From contig NC_014034.1 in NCBI RefSeq assembly GCF_000021865.1, forward strand, positions 390,001-422,000: DNA of 32,000 nucleotides. Reading direction: 5' to 3'. A program made the translations under genes and the position numbers. Position 1 is the first letter of the stretch. Every line of letters starts with the position of its first letter. The notes under the pieces are model-generated. The model was not told where the DNA came from and did not search any database. It worked only from the letters and a program-made list of their open reading frames with translations. The stretch is from Rhodobacter capsulatus SB 1003. GTDB lineage: Bacteria; Pseudomonadota; Alphaproteobacteria; Rhodobacterales; Rhodobacteraceae. Below are positions 15,631 through 24,265 of this stretch, piece after piece.

Positions 15631-17001
15631 ATGTCCGAAACCCGTATCGGCGGCATTGCCGCAGCCCGTATCGCCGCCTTCGCGGCCGAGGAAGCCAAGG
15701 TTTACGCCGCGGCCCGTCCGCGCACGCGTGCGGCGCTTGCGGCGGGGGCGGAGCCCTGGCTTGCGGGCGTGCCGATGCATTGGATGCGCGACTGGCCGCA
15801 GCCCTTTCCGATGCTGGTGGCGGCGGCGAAAGGCGCGCTGATCGAGGATCTGGATGGCCACCGGATCGATGATTTCTGTCTGGGCGATACGGGGTCCATG
15901 TTCGGCCATTCGCCCGCACCCGTGGCCCGCGCCATCCGCGCGCAGGCCGGGGCGGGGCTGACCTACATGCTGCCGACCGAGGCCGCGCTGCAGGCCGGTC
16001 AGCTGCTTTGCGACGTTTTCGGCCCGATGCGCTGGCAGGTGGCGACGACCGCGACCGATGCCAACCGCTTTGCGCTGCGCGTCGCCCGCGCGGTGACCGG
16101 ACGGCGCAAGGTGCTGGTTTTCGACGGCTGCTATCACGGCACCGTCGATGACGCGATGGTCTGCCTTGAGGGCGGAAAAACCGTGTCCCGCCCGGGGCTT
16201 GTGGGTCAGGTCGAGGATCTGTCGCTGGTCGCCGTGGCCGTGCCCTTCAACGATCTGGCGGCGGTGGAACAGGCGCTTGCCGCGGGGGACGTGGCCGCGA
16301 TCCTGACCGAGCCGGTGATGACCAATTCCTGCATGGTCCTGCCTGCACCGGGCTTTCACGACGGGTTGCGCGATCTGGCCAGCCGTTACGGCGCGGTGCT
16401 GATCCTTGATGAAACCCACACGATTTCCTCGGGGCTGGGCGGCTATACCCGCGTGCATGGGCTCAAACCCGATATCTTCGTCGTCGGCAAATGCGTCGCG
16501 GGGGGCGTGCCCACCGCGGTCTGGGGCCTGACGCCCGAGATCGCCGCGCGCTTCGCCGCCTATGACGCCACCCGGCCCTCGGGCCACAGCGGCATGGGCA
16601 CGACGCTTTCGGCCAATCCGCTGCAATTCGCGGCCCTTGTCGCCACGCTTTCGCAGGTGATGACGCCAGCCAATTACGCCCGGATGGAGGCGGGCGCAGC
16701 GCGGCTTTGCGCTGGCCTTTCGAAGGCGGTGAGCCGCCGCAAGCTGCCGTGGCATGTCGTGCGAGTCGGCGCCCGGGTCGAGTTCATCTGCGCCCCCGGC
16801 CCGCTGCGCAATGGCTTTGACGCCGCAAGGGCCCATGCCCCCGCGCTTGAAGCCGCGCTGCACATCGGCCTTTTGAACCGCGGCTGCCTGATTGCCCCTT
16901 TCCACAACATGATGCTGATCTCGCCCGCCACGACACGCGCGCAGATCGACCGCCTGATCGCCGCCTTTGACGCCGTGACGGCCCAATTGCTCGAGACATG
17001 A
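15631..17001 (+). CDS. Class-III (PLP-dependent) aminotransferase, glutamate-1-semialdehyde aminomutase-like
   Basis: Track ORF 15517..17001 trimmed to the ATG at 15631, preceded by GGAGGGAGCC. The 456-aa product contains FCLGDTGSMFGHSP...ATDANRFALRVARAVTGR...FDGCYHG...ILTEPVMTN...LILDETHT...DIFVVGKCVAGG (candidate PLP lysine). Confidence 0.88.
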   Translation: MSETRIGGIAAARIAAFAAEEAKVYAAARPRTRAALAAGAEPWLAGVPMHWMRDWPQPFPMLVAAAKGALIEDLDGHRIDDFCLGDTGSMFGHSPAPVARAIRAQAGAGLTYMLPTEAALQAGQLLCDVFGPMRWQVATTATDANRFALRVARAVTGRRKVLVFDGCYHGTVDDAMVCLEGGKTVSRPGLVGQVEDLSLVAVAVPFNDLAAVEQALAAGDVAAILTEPVMTNSCMVLPAPGFHDGLRDLASRYGAVLILDETHTISSGLGGYTRVHGLKPDIFVVGKCVAGGVPTAVWGLTPEIAARFAAYDATRPSGHSGMGTTLSANPLQFAALVATLSQVMTPANYARMEAGAARLCAGLSKAVSRRKLPWHVVRVGARVEFICAPGPLRNGFDAARAHAPALEAALHIGLLNRGCLIAPFHNMMLISPATTRAQIDRLIAAFDAVTAQLLET

Positions 17002-17002
17002 C

Positions 17003-18382
17003 ATGACCCAATCGCCGACCGGCTCCACCCTGCAAGAAGCCGAAGACTTCCTGACCGCCCATCCCGAGATCGAGGCCTTTGACATCGTGCTGCACGATGC
17101 CAACGGCATCGGCCGCGGGAAGATCATCCGCCGCCACGAGCTGATCGGGCTATACAAGGGCGGGCGGCATCTGCCGATTTCGATCCTGGGCCTTGATATC
17201 GTGGGCGAGGACGTGCACGAGACCGGCCTGATCTGGGATCAGGGCGATGGCGATTTGCGCGCCTGGCCGATTCCCGGCACGCTGAAGGCGCTGCACGGCA
17301 CCAACCCGCCGCGCGGCGAGGTCTTGATGAGCATGTATCATCTGGATGGCGCGCTGATGACCTCGGACCCGCGACATGCGCTGGCCCGCCAGGTGCAGGC
17401 GATGGCCGATGAGGGGCTTTATCCCGCGGGTGCGTTCGAGTTGGAATTCTTCCTGCTTGACCCCGACACGACCCAAGGCGTGCGGCCTGCGGCGGCGGTG
17501 CTGGACGGTCGGCGCAGCGACTGGACCGAGGTTTATTCGGTCGATCACCTGCACGGGATGGAGCCCTTGTTCTCCGATATCTACCGCGCCGCCGAGGCGA
17601 TGGGGATCAAGGCCGAGACGGTGATTTCCGAATATGCGCCCGGGCAATATGAACTGACGCTGCATTACCGCACCGATGTCATGCAGGCGGCCGACGATCT
17701 GGTGCGATTGAAACGCATCGTCCGGCTGCAGGCGCGCAGGCATGGCGTCGTGGCCTGTTTCATGGCGAAACCGATCGAGAAATACGCGGGCTCGGGGATG
17801 CATTTCCACGTCAGCCTGTGCGACGCGACGGGCCGGAACATCTTCGCCGAGGCGGTGGAAGGGCAATGGACCGACACCATCCGCCACGCCATCGGGGGCT
17901 TGCGCGCGACGATGGGGGAATCGATGCTGGTCTTCGCGCCGCATGGCAATTCCTGGCGCCGCTTCGTCGGCCAAAGCTATGCGCCGGTCTCGCCCAGCTG
18001 GGGGGTGAACAACCGATCCGTGGCGCTGCGCATCCCGGCCGGGGAGATCAAGGCGCGGCGGATCGAGCATCGGCCCTCGGGCGTGGACGCGAACCCCTAT
18101 CTGGTCGCGGCGACGGTTCTGGCCGGCATCCGGCACGGGCTGAAACACCAGATCGACCCGGGCCCGGAAACCACCGGCAACGGCTATGCAGGCGATGACA
18201 GCCTGAAAATCCCGCGCGACTGGCGCGAGGCGATCGAGGCGGCGACGGCGTCCGAGTTCCTGAAAGAGGCGCTGGGCGCGGACATGCATCGCACCTTCAC
18301 CGCGATCAAGGCGGCGGAGCACGGCCGCGTCGCCCGCTGGATCGCAGATGTGGATTACGCGCTCTATCTGCACAACGTCTGA
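17003..18382 (+). CDS. Glutamine-synthetase-family protein (gamma-glutamyl-amine/polyamine synthetase-like)
   Basis: 459 aa: ...FELEFFLL...ISEYAPGQYELTLHY...ACFMAKP...GSGMHFHVSL...FAPHGNSWRRF...APVSPSWGVNNRSVALRIP...RIEHRPSGVDANPYL. These are the GS catalytic-domain motifs. The ATG lies 1 nt after the aminotransferase stop. Confidence 0.88.
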   Translation: MTQSPTGSTLQEAEDFLTAHPEIEAFDIVLHDANGIGRGKIIRRHELIGLYKGGRHLPISILGLDIVGEDVHETGLIWDQGDGDLRAWPIPGTLKALHGTNPPRGEVLMSMYHLDGALMTSDPRHALARQVQAMADEGLYPAGAFELEFFLLDPDTTQGVRPAAAVLDGRRSDWTEVYSVDHLHGMEPLFSDIYRAAEAMGIKAETVISEYAPGQYELTLHYRTDVMQAADDLVRLKRIVRLQARRHGVVACFMAKPIEKYAGSGMHFHVSLCDATGRNIFAEAVEGQWTDTIRHAIGGLRATMGESMLVFAPHGNSWRRFVGQSYAPVSPSWGVNNRSVALRIPAGEIKARRIEHRPSGVDANPYLVAATVLAGIRHGLKHQIDPGPETTGNGYAGDDSLKIPRDWREAIEAATASEFLKEALGADMHRTFTAIKAAEHGRVARWIADVDYALYLHNV

Positions 18383-18386
18383 GAGG

Positions 18387-18470
18387 CTGGGGGCTCTGCC
18401 CCCAGACCCCCGGGATATTTGCGGCAAGATGAAGCCGATGTCCTTCATCTTGCCGCAAATATCCCGGGGG
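18387..18470. repeat. Intergenic mosaic repeat, copies C-left and C-right: hairpin 2 plus two head-to-head boxes forming a 28-bp-arm perfect palindrome
   Basis: Hairpin 2 is CTGGGGG-ctctg-CCCCCAG (18387-18405). The left box is CCCCCGGGATATTTGCGGCAAGATGAAG (18407-18434). The spacer is ccgatgtc. The exact reverse complement follows at 18443-18470. All 28 pairs were checked base by base. Confidence 0.85.
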
Positions 18471-18529
18471 GAGGCTTGCTGAAAGCAAAGACGGGGGGCC
18501 CCCCGCACAGGTCGCCAAAAGGACCGACC

Positions 18530-19402
18530 TCAGATCAGCCCGGCGTGTTGCATCGCGGCGTCAAGCGCGGCCTTGGTCCCGTCGGTCAGTTCGGTCAGCG
18601 GCAGCCGCACCTCGGGGCTGCAGAGGCCAAGTTTCGACATCGCATATTTCGCCCCGGCCACGCCCGGCTCCATGAAGATCGCGATATGCAGCGGCAGCAG
18701 CAGATCCTGATATTCCAGCGCCTTCGCATAGTCGCCGCGCAGGGTGGCTTCCTGCATCTCGGCGCAAAGCTTCGGCGCGACGTTCGCGGTCACCGAAATG
18801 CAGCCGACGCCGCCCATCGCGTTGAAGCCCACCGCCGTCGCATCCTCGCCCGAAAGCTGGAGGAAATCGGCGCCGCAGGTCATGCGCTGCTTGGCCACCC
18901 GGCTCAGATCGCCGGTCGCGTCCTTGACGCCGACGATCCGCGGCAGTTGCGCCAGTTGCCCCATCGTCTCGGGCATCATGTCCACGACCGAGCGGCCGGG
19001 GATGTTGTAGATGATGATCGGCAGATTGCAGGCATCATGCATCGCGGTGAAATGCGCCACCATGCCCCGCTGCGTCGGCTTGTTGTAATAGGGCGTCACG
19101 ACCAGCGCCGCATCGGCGCCGTTTTCCTCGGCGTGGCGGATCAGCTCGATCCCCTCGGCGGTCGCATTCGAGCCCGCGCCCGCGATCACCGGCACGCGTT
19201 TCGCCGCGGTTTCCACCACGACGCGCACGACTTCGTTATGTTCTTCATGGCTCAGCGTCGGGCTTTCGCCCGTCGTGCCCACCGGAACAAGCCCGTGGCT
19301 GCCCTGCGCGATGTGCCAGTCCACAAGCTTCTTGAGCGTGTCCCAATCGACGGCGCCGTTTGAAAACGGCGTGACGAGTGCGGGGAAGGACCCTTTGAAC
19401 AT
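18530..19402 (-). CDS. dapA: 4-hydroxy-tetrahydrodipicolinate synthase
   Basis: This is the C-terminal 290 aa of track ORF 18530..20914: [13 protein letters not shown]...[19 protein letters not shown]...[10 protein letters not shown]...[11 protein letters not shown]...IYNIPGRS...VGVKDATGD. An AGGAG RBS precedes the ATG at 19402. The upstream part of the track ORF is antisense to slt. Confidence 0.96.
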   Translation of the reverse strand: MFKGSFPALVTPFSNGAVDWDTLKKLVDWHIAQGSHGLVPVGTTGESPTLSHEEHNEVVRVVVETAAKRVPVIAGAGSNATAEGIELIRHAEENGADAALVVTPYYNKPTQRGMVAHFTAMHDACNLPIIIYNIPGRSVVDMMPETMGQLAQLPRIVGVKDATGDLSRVAKQRMTCGADFLQLSGEDATAVGFNAMGGVGCISVTANVAPKLCAEMQEATLRGDYAKALEYQDLLLPLHIAIFMEPGVAGAKYAMSKLGLCSPEVRLPLTELTDGTKAALDAAMQHAGLI

Positions 19403-19528
19403 GACACGCTCCTGAGCTTGAGGCGGATTCGCCTGGGTGAAAGTCGCGCGGACCATAGGCGAGGCTTTCGGTCTTGCCAACTTGTGAATTGCAACGATCA
19501 CGCCTTGCGCGCAGCCTGTTGAAAACGC

Positions 19529-21487
19529 ATGCACGGGCCCATGATCAAACCTCTTTCCCTTGCCGCTTTGCTGGCGGTTTCCACGGTGTTTCTGCCCCTT
19601 GCCGGGCGGGCCGACGACCCCGTTTCCCTGACCCGCGCGCTGGCGGCGGCGGCAAGAACCGACTGGGATCAGGCCGCGGCCGAGGCCCGGCTGGCCGGTC
19701 CGCTTGCCTTCGATCTGATCGAATGGCAACGCCTGCGCGCGGGAAAGGGCAGTTTCGCCGATTACGCCGATTTCGCCGCCCGGCGGGGCGATTGGCCGGG
19801 CATGGAGCTTCTGCGCAAGCAGGGCGAGGCGCAGCTGGCGGGCGCCAATCCGGTCGAGATCGTGGCCTATTTCGGCGACGGCGCGCCGCAGACCGGCACC
19901 GGCGCCTTGGCGCTGATCGCGGCGCGGCAGGCGATGGGGCAGCGCGACAAGGCCGCCGCCGTGGCCGAGGCGGCCTGGCGCAGGCTCGAGCTGACAGCCG
20001 AGGAACAGGCCGCGTTTCTGGCCCGTTACGCCGATCTGGTCGCGCCGTTCCACGGCGGGCGGATGCAGGCGGCGCTGGATCAGGGCCGTCTGGCGCGGGC
20101 GCGGGCGATGCTGCCGCTGGTCAGCCCGGGCACGAAGGCGGTGGCCGCGGCGCGGATCGCGTTGCAGGCGCGGACCGAGGGGGTGGACAAGCTGCTGCAG
20201 GCGGTGCCCGAACGTCTGGCGGGATCGGCCGGGCTGGCGCGCGACCGCGCCGTCTGGCGCTGGCGCAACAGTCTGGAGGACGGCGCGGCCGAGATCGTGC
20301 TGGCCTTTTCGAAGGATGCGGAAAGCCTTGGCGATCCGAAACTGTGGGCCGAGGTCCGGGGTCAGCTGGCGCGGTTCTTCCTGCGGCAGGGCGATCCGCG
20401 GCTGGCTTACAAGATCGCGGCGCGGCACCGGCTGCCCTCGGACGATGCGGATTGGGGCGATCTGGAATGGCTGGCCGGGTTCGCGGCGCTGAAGCTGGGC
20501 GATGCGCCCACGGCGCTGGAGCATTTCGAGGCGCTGGAGGCCGGGGTCAGCACGCCGATTTCGAAATCCCGCGCCGCCTATTGGCGCGGTCGGGCGCTGG
20601 AGGTGATCGGCCGGGTGGCCGAGGCCGATCAGGCCTGGGTCGAAGGCGCGCAGTGGCAGACTGCCTATTACGGGCTGCTCTGCGCGGAACGGATCGGCGC
20701 GCCGCTGGATCCGGCTTTCGCCACCCCGCCCGCGCTGCCCGACTGGAAAGCCGCGCCCTTCGTGAGTGATCCGGTGTTTCAGGCGGCGCAACTTCTGCAG
20801 ACGGCGGGGGCGCGGGATCTGGCCGAGCGCTTCCTGCTGCATCTGGAAGAACGCCTGCCGCCCGAGCAGATTGCGCCCTTGGCCCGGCTGGCGGAGGAGT
20901 GGCACAATGCGCATCTGATGCTGCTTCTGGCCAAGCGCGCGGCGAACGAGGGGGTGGTGCTGACGCGGGCCTATTACCCGTTGCCGGAGCTGAACCCCGC
21001 GGGATTGGTGGTGCCCGAGGAACTGGCGCTGTCGATCGCGCGGCGGGAAAGCGAATTCGACCCGGCGGTGATCAGCCCGGTCGGCGCGCGCGGCATGATG
21101 CAGCTGATGCCCGAGACCGCGAAGATGATGGCGAAGAAGCTGGGCGAGCCTTACGAATTGCGGCGGCTGACCTCGGACCCGTCTTACAACGTGCGGCTGG
21201 GCAGCGAATATCTGGCGAAGCTGCAGGAGGAATTCGGCACCTCTCCGGTGCTGGTGGCGGCGGGCTACAATGCCGGTCCGGGGCGGCCGCGGCGCTGGAT
21301 CAGCGAGCGCGGCGATCCGCGCCAGCCCGCGGTCGATGTGGTGGAATGGGTGGAGATGATCCCCTTCACCGAGACCCGGACCTATGTGATGCGGGTGGCG
21401 GAAAGCCTGCCCGTCTATCGCGCGCGGCTGGGGCGGCCGGATGCCGGGGCGGTCCGGTTCACCGACGAATTGCGCGGCAACTGGTGA
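19529..21487 (+). CDS. slt: Soluble lytic murein transglycosylase (Slt70-like)
   Basis: 652 aa. It has a signal peptide ([22 protein letters not shown]), a superhelical N-terminal region, and a C-terminal SLT domain with catalytic ARRESEFDP...[10 protein letters not shown]...AGYNAGPG. An alternative start is the ATG at 19541. Confidence 0.92.
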   Translation: MHGPMIKPLSLAALLAVSTVFLPLAGRADDPVSLTRALAAAARTDWDQAAAEARLAGPLAFDLIEWQRLRAGKGSFADYADFAARRGDWPGMELLRKQGEAQLAGANPVEIVAYFGDGAPQTGTGALALIAARQAMGQRDKAAAVAEAAWRRLELTAEEQAAFLARYADLVAPFHGGRMQAALDQGRLARARAMLPLVSPGTKAVAAARIALQARTEGVDKLLQAVPERLAGSAGLARDRAVWRWRNSLEDGAAEIVLAFSKDAESLGDPKLWAEVRGQLARFFLRQGDPRLAYKIAARHRLPSDDADWGDLEWLAGFAALKLGDAPTALEHFEALEAGVSTPISKSRAAYWRGRALEVIGRVAEADQAWVEGAQWQTAYYGLLCAERIGAPLDPAFATPPALPDWKAAPFVSDPVFQAAQLLQTAGARDLAERFLLHLEERLPPEQIAPLARLAEEWHNAHLMLLLAKRAANEGVVLTRAYYPLPELNPAGLVVPEELALSIARRESEFDPAVISPVGARGMMQLMPETAKMMAKKLGEPYELRRLTSDPSYNVRLGSEYLAKLQEEFGTSPVLVAAGYNAGPGRPRRWISERGDPRQPAVDVVEWVEMIPFTETRTYVMRVAESLPVYRARLGRPDAGAVRFTDELRGNW

Positions 21488-21493
21488 GGCAGG

Positions 21494-21547
21494 GCGGGGG
21501 TTTCACACCCCCGCGCCCCCGTGGGATATTTCCGGCAAGATAAAGGG
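21494..21547 (+). repeat. Intergenic mosaic repeat, copy D: hairpin 2 plus box
   Basis: GCGGGGG-tttcaca-CCCCCGC (21494-21514) is followed by GCCCCCGTGGGATATTTCCGGCAAGATAAAGG. It fills the 62-nt convergent spacer between the slt stop (21487) and the EamA stop (21550). Confidence 0.65.
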
Positions 21548-21549
21548 GA

Positions 21550-22428
21550 TCAGGGCGTTTCGGCCCGGGCCCGCGCGCGCCAGAGCGTGAAGAGCCCCGC
21601 GCAGACGACGACCGCGGCGCCAAGGGCGACATTGGGGCGCAGGATGTCGCCAAAGGCCCAGATGCCGATGCCCGAGACCCAGACCAGTTGCAGATAGGCA
21701 AAGGGCTGGATCGCCGAGGCCTCGGCGATCTCATAGGCCTGGATCAGCAGGAAATGCGCGGTGACCGCGGTCAGGCACAAAGCCCCCATCCAGAGCCAGT
21801 CGGTCGCGATCATCGGTTGCCAGAAGATCAGGCCAAGCGGTGTCATCGCCAGCGCGCCGATCAGACCCGTCCAGTAGAACGACACCGAGGCCGCATCCTT
21901 GCGCGCGGCAAAGCGGGTGAGCAGCGAGTAAAGCGCGAAGAGGAAGGCGCCAAGAAGCGGGATCACCGCCTCGGGGCGGAAGACGCCGTAGCCCGGTTGC
22001 AGGATGATCAGGATGCCCGCAAAGCCGATGCCGATCGCGGTCCAGCGCCGCCAGCCGACGGTCTCGCCCAGAACCGGGCCCGAGAGCGCCGCGACCAGAA
22101 GCGGATAGGCGGCAAAGACCGCATGGGTCTCGATCAGGCCGAGCCGGACGAAGGCCTGAATGACGATCACGATCTCGAAGACCAGAAGCAGGGCGCGGAT
22201 CGTCTGCAGGAGCGGCTGTTGCGTCGAAAGCGCCGCGCGCAAGCCCCCCGCGGACCGAGCGGCCACGGCAAGGGTGAAAAGCGCGAAGAACCAGTAGCGG
22301 ATCGTCACCACCATATAGACGTTGTAAGCGCCCGAGAGATGGCGGGAGATCCCGTCCTGAATGGCGAAGATGATCGTGACCGCCACCATCAGCCAGATGC
22401 CGCGGCCGATGTTCTGCGTGGCTCTCAT
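21550..22428 (-). CDS. DMT-superfamily (EamA-like) transporter
   Basis: This is the C-terminal 292 aa of track ORF 21550..23055: MRATQNIGRGIWLMVAVTIIFAIQDGISRHL.... It has about ten hydrophobic segments in two EamA-like halves. The ATG at 22428 overlaps the mnmD stop (ATGA). Confidence 0.88.
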   Translation of the reverse strand: MRATQNIGRGIWLMVAVTIIFAIQDGISRHLSGAYNVYMVVTIRYWFFALFTLAVAARSAGGLRAALSTQQPLLQTIRALLLVFEIVIVIQAFVRLGLIETHAVFAAYPLLVAALSGPVLGETVGWRRWTAIGIGFAGILIILQPGYGVFRPEAVIPLLGAFLFALYSLLTRFAARKDAASVSFYWTGLIGALAMTPLGLIFWQPMIATDWLWMGALCLTAVTAHFLLIQAYEIAEASAIQPFAYLQLVWVSGIGIWAFGDILRPNVALGAAVVVCAGLFTLWRARARAETP

Positions 22429-23090
22429 GCTTTCGCTCCGCGGCTCATGTGGCGTTTGCCAGCATGGCCGGGGGCGCGGGTGACGGTGAAGCCCGCCGCC
22501 GCAAGACCGCGGCGCACGAAGCCCGCGGCGGTATAAGTGGCGAAGGTGCCGCCGGGCGCGGTGTGGCGCCCGACCTCGGCCATCAGATCTTCGCCCCACA
22601 TCTCGGGGTTTTTTGCGGGCGAAAAGCCGTCCAGGAACCAGGCATCGGCCTTTTCGTCCCAAACTGGCAGGGTTTCGCGCACATCGCCGAGGATCAGCGT
22701 GACGGAAATGCTGCGCAGCGAAAACTGTGTCCGCCCATGCTGCATTGCAGCAACAAGCGGTTCGGCAACGGGTTCGATTTCGGGAAAGGCGGTATGGGCG
22801 CGGGCCATTTCTGCGGCCGACATCGGGAAGGCCTCGAAGCTGGTGAAGCGGATCGGCTGATCGGTCGAAAGCGCCAGCGCCAGCAGGTTCAGCCCGGTGC
22901 CAAAGCCCAGTTCCGCGACGTGAAAGCCGGGGTGCAGGCGCAGGGGCAGGTCGTTGCCCGCCAGAAACACATGCCGGGTTTCGGCCAGCCCTCCGGCCAG
23001 GCTGAAATAGGGGTCGTCGAAGCGGGTCGAAACGGGCGTCGATCCGTCGCGCCACGCAAGCGCGGCCGGGCTCTGGTCTGGGGAGGTCAT
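22425..23090 (-). CDS. mnmD: tRNA (mnm5s2U34) methyltransferase MnmD, a stand-alone MnmC methyltransferase domain
   Basis: Track ORF 22425..23228 trimmed to the ATG at 23090. The 221-aa product reads MTSPDQSPAALAWRDGSTPVSTRFDDPYFSLAGGLAETRHVFLAGNDLPLRL...FHVAELGFGTGLNLLA...DAWFLDGFSPAKNPEMW...TYTAAGFVRRGL. This is the DUF752/MnmC SAM-domain pattern. Confidence 0.85.
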   Translation of the reverse strand: MTSPDQSPAALAWRDGSTPVSTRFDDPYFSLAGGLAETRHVFLAGNDLPLRLHPGFHVAELGFGTGLNLLALALSTDQPIRFTSFEAFPMSAAEMARAHTAFPEIEPVAEPLVAAMQHGRTQFSLRSISVTLILGDVRETLPVWDEKADAWFLDGFSPAKNPEMWGEDLMAEVGRHTAPGGTFATYTAAGFVRRGLAAAGFTVTRAPGHAGKRHMSRGAKA

Positions 23091-23143
23091 CGGGGATAGT
23101 GCCTGTGGGGATTTGACGCAGAGAGTGGCGAAAGGGACAAGCG

Positions 23144-24190
23144 ATGGCAAGAGCAGATCGGGTGACGGTGCGCGGCGGCGGGGTTTTCGGTCTGGCCTGC
23201 GCCTATGAGCTGGCGCGGCGCGGCGCAAAGGTGCGGCTGATCGAGCGGGAGCGGATCGGCGCGGGGTCCTCGGGCGGGACCGTGGGCATGCTTTCGCCGC
23301 ATGTGCCCGATCAGTGGAACCCGAAGAAGCAGTTCCAGTTCGACAGTCTGGTGATGTCGGAGGCGTTCTGGGCGGGCGTGAAGGCGGTCGGCGGCAAGGA
23401 CGCGGGCTTTGCGCGGATCGGGCGGTTGCAACCGCTCGCCGATCAGGCGGCGGTGACCCTGGCCGAGCTGCGGGCCAGGGATGCGGCGGCGAACTGGGGC
23501 GCGGATTATCTGTGGCGCATTGCCCCGGTGAACGAATTCGGCGCCTTTGCGCCGGTGACGCCGACGGGGCTGGTCATTCACGACACGCTCTCGGGTCGGG
23601 CTTCGCCGCGCGGCGCGGCGGCGGCTTTGGCCGCGGCGATCGAGGCTTTGGGCGGCGAGATCGTTTTCGGGGATGCGCCCGACGAGGGCATCGTGCTGCA
23701 TGCGACCGGGCTTGCGGGGCTTGTTGAATTGTCCGAGGCCTTCGGCAAGGAGGTCGGCAATGGCGTCAAGGGGCAGTCGGCGATCCTGAAGCTCGATCCC
23801 GGCCCGGTGCCGCAGATCTTTGCCGATGGCGTGCTGGTGGTGCCGCATGCGAATGGCACCGTCGGCGTCGGCTCGACCGCCGAGCGGAGTTACACCGACC
23901 CGACCGCGACCGATGATCAGCTCGACGCCGTGCTGGAACGTGCCCGGGCTTTGGTGCCTGCGCTGGCGGGCGCCGAGGTGATCGAGCGCTGGGCGAATGT
24001 GCGGCCGCGCTCGGTTTCGCGCTCGCCGATGCTCGGGGCCTGGCCGGGGCGCGAGGGGCATTTCATCGTCAATGGCGGCTTCAAGATCGGCTTCGGCATG
24101 GCGCCCAAGGTGGCGCAGGTGATGGCCGATCTGGTGCTGGACGGGGTCGATGCGATCCCGGCGGGGTTCCGGGTCGAGGACAACCTGTAA
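23144..24190 (+). CDS. FAD-dependent oxidoreductase (DAO family), MnmC oxidoreductase-domain-like
   Basis: 348 aa. It has the N-terminal dinucleotide fold VTVRGGGVFGLACAYELARRGAKVRLIE and a C-terminal ...RPRSVSRSPMLG...FIVNGGFKIGFGMAP. It is divergent from mnmD with a 53-bp spacer. Confidence 0.85.
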   Translation: MARADRVTVRGGGVFGLACAYELARRGAKVRLIERERIGAGSSGGTVGMLSPHVPDQWNPKKQFQFDSLVMSEAFWAGVKAVGGKDAGFARIGRLQPLADQAAVTLAELRARDAAANWGADYLWRIAPVNEFGAFAPVTPTGLVIHDTLSGRASPRGAAAALAAAIEALGGEIVFGDAPDEGIVLHATGLAGLVELSEAFGKEVGNGVKGQSAILKLDPGPVPQIFADGVLVVPHANGTVGVGSTAERSYTDPTATDDQLDAVLERARALVPALAGAEVIERWANVRPRSVSRSPMLGAWPGREGHFIVNGGFKIGFGMAPKVAQVMADLVLDGVDAIPAGFRVEDNL

Positions 24191-24196
24191 GATCAA

Positions 24197-24224
24197 GATG
24201 TCCCGGCCGCGAGGTCGGGACATC
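24197..24224. terminator. Candidate bidirectional hairpin between the convergent FAD-oxidoreductase and gshA genes
   Basis: GATGTCCCG-N10-CGGGACATC forms a 9-bp stem. There is no clear U-tract on either strand, so terminator function is uncertain. Confidence 0.3.
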
Positions 24225-24265
24225 GGTTCGAAAAGGGCGTATTTGCGCCAAGAAAAAGCAGGCGT

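Noticed and set aside
13720-17157. A 1145-aa ORF on the minus strand, the longest in the track.
   Set aside because: It runs antisense across nhaD, the aminotransferase and the start of the GS-like gene, all of which have clear family signatures on the plus strand. Its translation is Arg/Gly/His/Pro/Asp-rich low-complexity with no recognisable domain. Long stop-free antisense frames are expected in high-GC DNA.
19403-20914. An N-terminal extension of about 500 aa on the dapA ORF in the track (18530..20914, 794 aa).
   Set aside because: The DapA homology starts at [13 protein letters not shown] (ATG at 19402, with an AGGAG RBS). The upstream part is antisense to slt and low-complexity. A normal DapA is about 290 aa.
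22425-23228. Longer N-terminal versions of several track ORFs: mnmD from 23228, rsmE from 27015, the ClbS-like gene from 2433, opgC from 10165, opgG from 13754, gshA from TTG 25693, and LysR from 7313.
   Set aside because: In each case family homology begins at a downstream ATG. That ATG has a better RBS or an overlap with the neighbouring gene, or it exposes a proper signal peptide (opgG). The extra N-terminal residues are low-complexity, run into the neighbouring gene or a repeat element, or start at a non-ATG codon.
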